Made by a program: the position numbers and the translations under genes
Notes under the pieces: model-generated
What the model saw: the letters and a program-made list of their open reading frames with translations, nothing else
What the model was told of the DNA's origin: nothing
Databases searched by the model: none
Virus record (IMG/VR): IMGVR_UViG_3300012348_000111
Coordinates: 32,001 to 96,000 of that record
DNA from: a virus
Length of the DNA stretch: 64,000 nt
Direction: 5' to 3' (one strand)
Part shown: positions 57,944 through 64,000 of the stretch, piece after piece
How the letters are laid out: the number at the start of each line of letters is the position of its first letter
Position numbering within the stretch: position 1 is the stretch's first letter

Positions 57944-58287
57944 TAGTCCTTTTTAGTTTCTACACCTAAAAGTAAAACTAAACTAATTGCTTCTTTATCT
58001 GCAGGAACTAGTTTTCTGTTTACTTGATTTTTTTCAAGAACACCTAGTTTTCTAAGTCTTGTGATTCCATTAGAAATTACTTGTACAGATGTGTTGTTTT
58101 TTTCAGCAAGAATCTGTTTTACATTTTTGTCTAGTTTTCCATAATAAGATACATTGGCTAAAATATTAGTGTATAAGTCAGATAGTCTGTATCCAGCAAG
58201 TCTTAGAATAATATCTATATATGCTTGTTGGAATGCGACTCCGTCATCATACTTTCTAGCTATTTTAGCTGATTTAACGGCTTTCAT
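57943..58287 (-). CDS. Putative winged-HTH DNA-binding protein
   Basis: LAEKNNTSVQVISNGITRLRKLGVL helix-turn-helix. Start reassigned to MKAVKS (58287) because the promoter box lies inside the longer ORF. Confidence 0.6.
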   Translation of the reverse strand: MKAVKSAKIARKYDDGVAFQQAYIDIILRLAGYRLSDLYTNILANVSYYGKLDKNVKQILAEKNNTSVQVISNGITRLRKLGVLEKNQVNRKLVPADKEAISLVLLLGVETKKD

Positions 58288-58315
58288 TTTGATTGGTTTA
58301 TTTTTAAAATTAAAC

Positions 58316-58345
58316 CAAATATACAATCGTAATAAAAAAAGTCAA
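58316..58345 (-). promoter_or_regulatory. Bacteroidota-type promoter of the packaging operon
   Basis: TTG-N19-TATATTTG. Confidence 0.75.
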
Positions 58346-58468
58346 GTATTATGTTATAAAACTTTAATATTATTTATTATAAAATGAAAGGTAATTTAAA
58401 AGATTAACAAATATTGTTATGTTGAAATCTACAAAAAAGATGAGTTTTCCACAAACGAACGTATTATC

Positions 58469-58499
58469 TTGAACTCGGTAGACCATTGTTGTATATTTG
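58469..58499 (+). promoter_or_regulatory. Plus-strand Bacteroidota-type promoter driving the putative ncRNA
   Basis: TTG-N20-TATATTTG, same spacing as the minus-strand promoters. Confidence 0.7.
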
Positions 58500-58502
58500 G
58501 AC

Positions 58503-58812
58503 CGACACCGTTACTCAACGATCATCTGTGAGGGCCAAAAGGTAGTTAGCAGATCAGAAGTCGGATAGTAATCTACAGAACTGAAATAATGTTCAACCAT
58601 AGTGGATGAGGTTTCTCCGATAGTGTCGAAAAAAGTGTTCATTGAAAGTTACAGTATTGCGACCTACAACTAATAGACCGTAGGCAATGAGTGGACAAAA
58701 CGCAAATTCAAAGAGTAATCTTTGTCTGGTAGAACGACGACTGTAATATAAGATGAATGTTAAAATAGAAATATCTCCTTAATAGGGGGAAAATCTTCTA
58801 TTTTCTTTTTTC
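58503..58812 (+). ncRNA. Unclassified structured RNA (~305 nt)
   Basis: No ORF; GC above its flanks; many nested helices with G-U pairs valid only on the + strand; promoter at the 5' end and hairpin plus U-tract at the 3' end. Confidence 0.65.
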
Positions 58813-58866
58813 ACAATCTCGAGGAGGGCTACATTAAGCCATATCATTAATCTAATATATAAAACA

Positions 58867-59004
58867 ATGTTAAGTATTAAACTACATTTTCCACATGATA
58901 GATTTGCTATTGGTTGGGAAATATTCTATCCAGACGAAGAATATAATTCTACAGTAATCATATTGTTTTTAACAGTAGTTACATTAGAATTTGAATTTAA
59001 CTAA
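58867..59004 (+). CDS. Small protein (45 aa), the only credible plus-strand CDS
   Basis: MLSIKLHFPHDRFAIGWEIFYPDEEYNSTVIILFLTVVTLEFEFN*; A-rich leader TATAAAACA; followed by a terminator. Confidence 0.7.
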   Translation: MLSIKLHFPHDRFAIGWEIFYPDEEYNSTVIILFLTVVTLEFEFN

Positions 59005-59006
59005 AA

Positions 59007-59045
59007 TAAAAAAAGCTATGACAATTAAATCATAGCTTTTTATTC
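59007..59045. terminator. Bidirectional terminator between the small plus-strand ORF and the amidase
   Basis: AAAAAGCTATGA-N8-TCATAGCTTTTT. Confidence 0.8.
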
Positions 59046-59135
59046 TTTTACTACCCCACTGCTGTTGGAGAAGTAGACTAAGACCTATAGACAATGTTTT
59101 TAGACTATGTTGGATCGCTAATAGTTACGTCTAAT

Positions 59136-59792
59136 TTAGATTAAGTCTTTTAATGACTTTAACATTTCAATTAATTTAGGATGTGGATACACATCTACTT
59201 TATCTGTTCTAACAGAGTTATGAGTAAATATTCCATTTTCTCCTTTTAATGCTCTAGTAGATAATTCCCATATATCTTCATTATATTCTACTGAAATACC
59301 ATATACTTCTGACCAATATAATAAAAGTTTTTTTACACTTTCAATTTGTGCATCAGTATAGTTCTCATAATATTTAAATCCTCTGTGTGGAGTTTCTAAT
59401 TCACATACATCAGAAGCAGGAACTTCTTTATTTAAATAATTATAGAACTTACCATTCTTCAATGTAAGTTGTCCCCAGTTTGTTATCTCAATACCTATAG
59501 ATGTTTTATCTAAGTTTTTGTATTTGAGATCTTGGATACCAAAATGTTTATTTCCAAGGCCCAAATGATAAGCCCAGAATTTCGATGGAAAACCTTGTAC
59601 AATTTCACCTTTTTTATCTATTACAACGCAAGTACCTACAGTAACGTTATCTGCTTTCCACCAATTCCAAACACTATCTGCACTAGGTCCAGATGCTGTA
59701 TGGTGAAGATAGATTTGAGTTTTCTTAACTGCTTCTTTATTAAAGTCTGAAAATTCCACCATTCTTAATGGAGGTAACTGATGTTTAGGCAT
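59136..59792 (-). CDS. N-acetylmuramoyl-L-alanine amidase (Amidase_2 endolysin)
   Basis: IYLHHTA, AYHLG, SIGIEI, YTDAQ, THNSV...KVDVYP. Confidence 0.88.
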   Translation of the reverse strand: MPKHQLPPLRMVEFSDFNKEAVKKTQIYLHHTASGPSADSVWNWWKADNVTVGTCVVIDKKGEIVQGFPSKFWAYHLGLGNKHFGIQDLKYKNLDKTSIGIEITNWGQLTLKNGKFYNYLNKEVPASDVCELETPHRGFKYYENYTDAQIESVKKLLLYWSEVYGISVEYNEDIWELSTRALKGENGIFTHNSVRTDKVDVYPHPKLIEMLKSLKDLI

Positions 59793-59794
59793 AA

Positions 59795-60001
59795 TTATTT
59801 TCTATTAGTAAATTTTTCAACTACGGTTCCAAATACTGTAGCAATAGTCATATATTCTACTGCTGATATAACCTCATCTTTGTGGTTTTCATCTGCAATA
59901 AAAAGAAGAACTACTAAAGATATAAATCCAATTGTTCCTAATACTCTTTTATGTGATGTGCCTTCTGCATTTGAAAACATTGTTCTAATAAACTCTCTCA
60001 T
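59795..60001 (-). CDS. Holin candidate
   Basis: SHKR followed by two hydrophobic segments; directly upstream of the amidase. Confidence 0.6.
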   Translation of the reverse strand: MREFIRTMFSNAEGTSHKRVLGTIGFISLVVLLFIADENHKDEVISAVEYMTIATVFGTVVEKFTNRK

Positions 60002-60021
60002 ATTGTTTGTTTTGTTTTATA

Positions 60022-60051
60022 CAAAAATATCCATATATAAAAAAAAGTCAA
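60022..60051 (-). promoter_or_regulatory. Bacteroidota-type promoter of the lysis cassette
   Basis: TTG-N19-TATTTTTG; the -33 box overlaps the upstream terminator. Confidence 0.7.
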
Positions 60052-60070
60052 GGAGTTACCCCTGACTTTT
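60039..60070 (-). terminator. Rho-independent terminator
   Basis: AAAAGTCA-N12-TGACTTTT stem with a long T-run on the minus strand. Confidence 0.7.
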
Positions 60071-60092
60071 AGTTAACGTAGTTTTTACGTTA

Positions 60093-60356
60093 TTAGAAGT
60101 TTTCTAATAGTTGAGCTTTAGCAAGAACTGTAAGTTGTTCGTTACCTTCAATAAAGCTTTTTAAAATAGATGTGTCACTAGGATCTAAATCTAGTTCTTC
60201 ACCTGCGTACAATTTGGTTGCCCAATAGTACATTTTAATAGCGTTTTCTTTTGTGGAAGCAGAAGCAAGCATTTGTGCAAGCAATTGTCCTAAGTCAGAA
60301 TTTTCAATTTCTTTTCCTGACAAATCAATAATTGGTTTTTTTAAATTCAATTTCAT
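60093..60356 (-). CDS. Tail-fibre-associated small protein
   Basis: 87 aa; DL.G...A.KLY....LDL..D...LK..I pattern. Confidence 0.6.
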   Translation of the reverse strand: MKLNLKKPIIDLSGKEIENSDLGQLLAQMLASASTKENAIKMYYWATKLYAGEELDLDPSDTSILKSFIEGNEQLTVLAKAQLLENF

Positions 60357-60359
60357 ATA

Positions 60360-60653
60360 TTATTCGGTTACTTTGATAAATCCTAATTCGTTTAATGCCC
60401 AATCAATTACATACTCATCATCAGTTCCCCAATTGTTATAGGTTTCTTGATTCATAGTAATGTTTCCTTCTAAGATTAACTTACCAGGACCCATTGTAGG
60501 AGTTCCTTCTTCAGTTTGTCCGTTTTGCGTTTCTTCGAACACAGACCAGTAAAAACTTACTGATGTAGGATTAGGGGGAAAGTTCAACGCAAGAAGGTTA
60601 AAATATTTTCCAGTTCCTTTGGTTGGAACCATAACGTCTTGAATCTTAATCAT
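60360..60653 (-). CDS. Tail fibre assembly chaperone-like protein
   Basis: EGNITM...Y..WG.DD.Y...W...LG motif; follows the fibre genes. Confidence 0.6.
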   Translation of the reverse strand: MIKIQDVMVPTKGTGKYFNLLALNFPPNPTSVSFYWSVFEETQNGQTEEGTPTMGPGKLILEGNITMNQETYNNWGTDDEYVIDWALNELGFIKVTE

Positions 60654-60657
60654 ATTG

Positions 60658-60688
60658 CAAATATAATATAATATAAAAAATAAATCAA
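60658..60688 (-). promoter_or_regulatory. Promoter, probably for a leaderless transcript
   Basis: TTG-N20-TATATTTG ending 4 nt before the ATG at 60653. Confidence 0.6.
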
Positions 60689-61485
60689 TTGATTTCTGTA
60701 GCTATAAATTTTATTTGATACTGATTGCTGTTTGGATTATCAACATAAACGACTGGAAACTGTGAACCTAACATTCCTACTGAAAAATTTAAATTCATTC
60801 CAGAACCAATTTGAGTATTTCCAATTAAAGAAAAAGAAGAATCTGGAGTAGAAGAACTATTAAAAGTTGCAGTAATAATTCCCATTTGTTGAGTATCTTG
60901 ATTTACAGTATCTACTGCCCAATATTCTATTTTTAGAAAACCTAAAAAATAAGCTGTAGAAGATTGATATAGAGTAGTTCCATTAGCGTTACCATTAACG
61001 TTAATTACTATTGGTGAGGGTGAACTACCTCCACTACCATTTGAAGCCGCTGTAAGCCTTCCCTGAGCGTCTACAGTAATATTAGCGTTAGTGTAAGAAC
61101 CAGGAGTAACAGCAGTATTAGCTAAACTGATTGTTCCACTAGATGTAATTGTTCCTCCAGATAATCCAGTACCAGTAGAAATTGAAGTTACTGTTCCTAA
61201 ATATGTTTCTCCACTTATAGGTGTAAAACCTAAAGCATTGACAACATCAGTTCCAGACAGAGTAACCGCACCCTGTCTGGAATTGAAACTTGTAACTAAA
61301 TTAGCAGTATTTAAAGAAAGAGTAACATCTCCAGTACCAGAATCTACTCCAGTAAATAGCATGTTTAATCCGCCTCCAACAATTAGTTTGGTGATTAATG
61401 CTTGTCCTGGAGTAGTAGTATTAATGTCAGGTCTTCCTACTGAATAATCTTCAATTAATCTTCCTGATATTTGTGTTCTAGCCAT
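60685..61485 (-). CDS. Tail fibre protein
   Basis: [47 protein letters not shown] repeats. Confidence 0.75.
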   Translation of the reverse strand: MARTQISGRLIEDYSVGRPDINTTTPGQALITKLIVGGGLNMLFTGVDSGTGDVTLSLNTANLVTSFNSRQGAVTLSGTDVVNALGFTPISGETYLGTVTSISTGTGLSGGTITSSGTISLANTAVTPGSYTNANITVDAQGRLTAASNGSGGSSPSPIVINVNGNANGTTLYQSSTAYFLGFLKIEYWAVDTVNQDTQQMGIITATFNSSSTPDSSFSLIGNTQIGSGMNLNFSVGMLGSQFPVVYVDNPNSNQYQIKFIATEIN

Positions 61486-63482
61486 TATGGTTTAAGATAA
61501 GAAATTCTGATTTTATCTGTTGAAGTAGGAGTAAATGTCATTTGAATAGTAAGAGGATTCAAAGCAGTAACTGTGTAGTCATTACCTGCACCAGGTTCCA
61601 TCAATACACCATTCAAATATACGTGTTCGCTATTAGGAACAGCTTCTCCACTACAAGTAAAAGTAGTAGCACTATTATCTGGTAATGGTCCAGGAGTTTC
61701 TCTAGTAACAACATCTGCAATATTTACAGTACCTCCAGGTAAATCAAGAATTGAAAGTGAACTACCTGAAGTCACACGACCTTTAGCATCAACAGTAACT
61801 TTAGTATAAGTACCTGCAGTTACTCCAGAATTAGCTAAAGTTAAACTAATAGCTGTAGTTCCTGATCCACTAGCATCTCCACTTACTGTAATGTTTTGGT
61901 TGCCTGTAATAAAATTTGGTGTCCAGTTAACCCATTTATTTGTTCCTCCACCAGAATAACGAAGTATTTGACCATCAGCAGGAGTTGTGATAGTAACATC
62001 ACCTAATCCACTTAAGTTACTAATCAAGTTAATTGGGGTATTGGTAACACCTGTTACACGACCTTTAGAGTCTACAGTAAATACAGGTACTTGAGTAGCA
62101 CTACCATATGTTCCAGAAGTTACACCTGAGTTAGCCAAAGAAACAGTAATACCTGTTGCACCACTACCTGTTACGTCACCAGAAAGTGTAATTGTTTGGT
62201 TACTAGTTAAATACGTGTTTGTATCTAAAGCCCAAGTATTAGCTGCAGTTTTCTTTAGAAATCCAATAGTTCCAGCTAAAGCAGCAATTGCAGATAAGTC
62301 AGCATCATATGCTTGAACATCAGTACCAATAACTAACTCTAAAGCTGTTCTAGCTGTACTTGCGGAAGCAGCCCCAACTAATGATCTACCAAATGTTGTA
62401 AAAGCAGTAGTTGCTGCAACATCAACACCAGTAAAATAAATTAAGGTATCTGCTGCAGTAGTTACTCCAGCAATAGCTGTTAATGTAGAATCTAAGTTTT
62501 GTTTAGCATTTAGTTGTGCTTGAATAGGACTCGTAGTTCCAGTTAAGTATCCTAATTCAACAGAAGTTACTGTACTCGCACTTACTTTACCAGATCCATC
62601 AGAAATTAATGCTCTAGAAGCAGTAAGGTTAGCACTAACAATAGAAGAAGCACCTCCAATAATTGCAGCTCTTGCTCTAGAGTCTTGAAAATAAAGATTT
62701 GTACCTTCAGCAATATCAGTAGTAGTTGCTTGTGTTGCACTAGTGGCTCTACCATAAACGTCTAAAGTTACTTTGGTGTATGATCCAGCACTTACTCCAG
62801 TAGTTGCCAAATCAATGCTATCAGCATTAACTACAATTCTAGAAGAAGAAGCACTTACTACATCAAAAGTTAACCCTGTTTTTGTTAAACCAGCCCCAGC
62901 TGTATAGTCAGCTGCACCAGAAAACTGAGAAAATACAATAGAAGTAGAACCTATAGTAATAGGTCCTGGAGTACTTTGTACCCAACCAGTTGCTTGTAAT
63001 GTATTACCACTTTGAACAAAGTAAAAAGCATTTACTAATTCTGTTCCTGCATCTGAATCACTTGATCTAGTCCAAGATCCAGCAGATACATCATATACAC
63101 CATTTTCAGAAGATATTGACTGGTTTTTAACAAGAACTCTATCACCAGCAATAACTGATACGCCATCTATGGTTTGTGTACCACTTAAAACAATATTAGC
63201 AGTTGTTGCTGCTTTAACAGCTGTTTTTGTACTTAAACCCTGAGCTACAGAATCTACATAAGCTTTAGTTGCAGCATCTGTATTTGCTGTAGGTGTACCT
63301 AAGTTAGTAGCTTTAAATCCACCAAATGATTGATCAGCTGTAAATGCTATTGAACCATCTTTTTTAAGAAAGTTTGCCCCATCTGCTAATTTTGATGTAG
63401 CAATTGCTGCGTTACTAGCAATGTCATTGTTGACTATTGTTAACGCATCAAGTTGGGATTTTTTAATTTTAGTTAGTGCCAT
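61485..63482 (-). CDS. Tail fibre protein
   Basis: [18 protein letters not shown]...ENGVY, repeated SGV..G.Y..VTVD..GR units. Confidence 0.8.
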   Translation of the reverse strand: MALTKIKKSQLDALTIVNNDIASNAAIATSKLADGANFLKKDGSIAFTADQSFGGFKATNLGTPTANTDAATKAYVDSVAQGLSTKTAVKAATTANIVLSGTQTIDGVSVIAGDRVLVKNQSISSENGVYDVSAGSWTRSSDSDAGTELVNAFYFVQSGNTLQATGWVQSTPGPITIGSTSIVFSQFSGAADYTAGAGLTKTGLTFDVVSASSSRIVVNADSIDLATTGVSAGSYTKVTLDVYGRATSATQATTTDIAEGTNLYFQDSRARAAIIGGASSIVSANLTASRALISDGSGKVSASTVTSVELGYLTGTTSPIQAQLNAKQNLDSTLTAIAGVTTAADTLIYFTGVDVAATTAFTTFGRSLVGAASASTARTALELVIGTDVQAYDADLSAIAALAGTIGFLKKTAANTWALDTNTYLTSNQTITLSGDVTGSGATGITVSLANSGVTSGTYGSATQVPVFTVDSKGRVTGVTNTPINLISNLSGLGDVTITTPADGQILRYSGGGTNKWVNWTPNFITGNQNITVSGDASGSGTTAISLTLANSGVTAGTYTKVTVDAKGRVTSGSSLSILDLPGGTVNIADVVTRETPGPLPDNSATTFTCSGEAVPNSEHVYLNGVLMEPGAGNDYTVTALNPLTIQMTFTPTSTDKIRISYLKP

Positions 63483-63499
63483 TTTATTTTTGTTTTATT

Positions 63500-64000
63500 T
63501 TATAATTGTTCATATTCAATGATTAGTCTATCCGAAGGTACAGGACTGTAAAATAGACTTATTTGATTTGTAAATGCTTCAATATAATCGTATTCAGATC
63601 CTGGAGTTAACCTTTGACCATTTAAATATACTCTTGTTGTTCCTATTTTAAAATGTTGAGATGTACTAAAATTTGTATTTGAACCATCTTTAATACCTGT
63701 TATATTATAATCGTAATCAATTTTTAAATTAGCAGAACCACCCCCACCTCCAGATATAGAAATATCTCCAGACCCAAGTAGTGAGTAACCATTAATTGTT
63801 TTTATATTTTGACCACTGATAAGTACGGCTTGCTTCGCATTTAAAGCTTGTACTACAGAATCGGGTAATGGAAGATTTCTTAACTTAGAAAAACCATTAA
63901 TATTCTGTTCAGTAACTACAATTAAAAGTATATCATCTAACGAAGGATTTAATATCTCATCAAAATCTGTTATTTGTTTATATTCTTGTTCTTGGTTCAT
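63500..64000 (-). CDS. Tail-fibre-associated protein (possibly 5'-truncated)
   Basis: KQ..L.SG.NIKTING.SLLGSG, VYLNGQR..PG..DY. Confidence 0.65.
   Translation of the reverse strand: MNQEQEYKQITDFDEILNPSLDDILLIVVTEQNINGFSKLRNLPLPDSVVQALNAKQAVLISGQNIKTINGYSLLGSGDISISGGGGGSANLKIDYDYNITGIKDGSNTNFSTSQHFKIGTTRVYLNGQRLTPGSEYDYIEAFTNQISLFYSPVPSDRLIIEYEQL

Noticed and set aside
58503-58812. tmRNA, RNase P or tRNA identity for the structured RNA
   Set aside because: No acceptor stem, T-loop or CCA end and no GAGGAAAGUC; the internal frame (ANSKSNLCLVERRL) lacks an Ala-Ala tag end
266-61447. Plus-strand ORFs in the track (e.g. 266..463, 23511..23774, 51553..51882, 59781..60065) and nested minus-strand alternative frames
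   Set aside because: They are antisense or out-of-frame shadows of well-supported genes
1-64000. Stop-codon reassignment (TAG or TGA), known in some Crassvirales
   Set aside because: Very long ORFs (4245, 1962, 1656 aa) and dense coding are obtained with the standard code; TAG ends 4131..5180 and TGA ends several genes cleanly
1-64000. CRISPR array, DGR (template/variable repeats plus reverse transcriptase), tRNA genes
   Set aside because: No regularly spaced repeats, reverse transcriptase motif or cloverleaf seen

Overview
AT-rich window of a Crassvirales-like (crAss-like) Bacteroidota phage, almost all on the minus strand, standard genetic code. It holds the late/virion module. Reading in transcription order (right to left): tail-fibre genes, putative holin and amidase, then an ~800-bp island that contains the only plus-strand elements. 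Next come small regulators, TerL, portal, scaffold, major capsid, ring, auxiliary capsid and hub proteins, the large tail-stabilisation (muzzle-like) protein, a Dps-like protein, an HNH and basic head proteins. Then follow the ejected cargo proteins, including a 4245-aa virion RNA polymerase, GNAT and ADP-ribosyltransferase modules interleaved with two GIY-YIG endonucleases, a 1962-aa zincin-bearing protein, and receptor-binding/lectin cassettes. Bacteroidota-type promoters (TTG-N19/20-TAnnTTTG) recur throughout. Most notable unexplained signals: (1) a promoter-to-terminator, highly base-paired ~305-nt plus-strand RNA at ~58503-58810; (2) a 3'-UTR hairpin whose loop UUGGUUGGUUUU is complementary to AACCAA(CC) motifs at the start codons of several late genes; (3) a chain of cargo proteins that end in Cys and begin with M-x-C, carry swappable effector modules, and have homing endonucleases at their junctions. 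All family assignments come from motifs and synteny read by eye; no searches were run.
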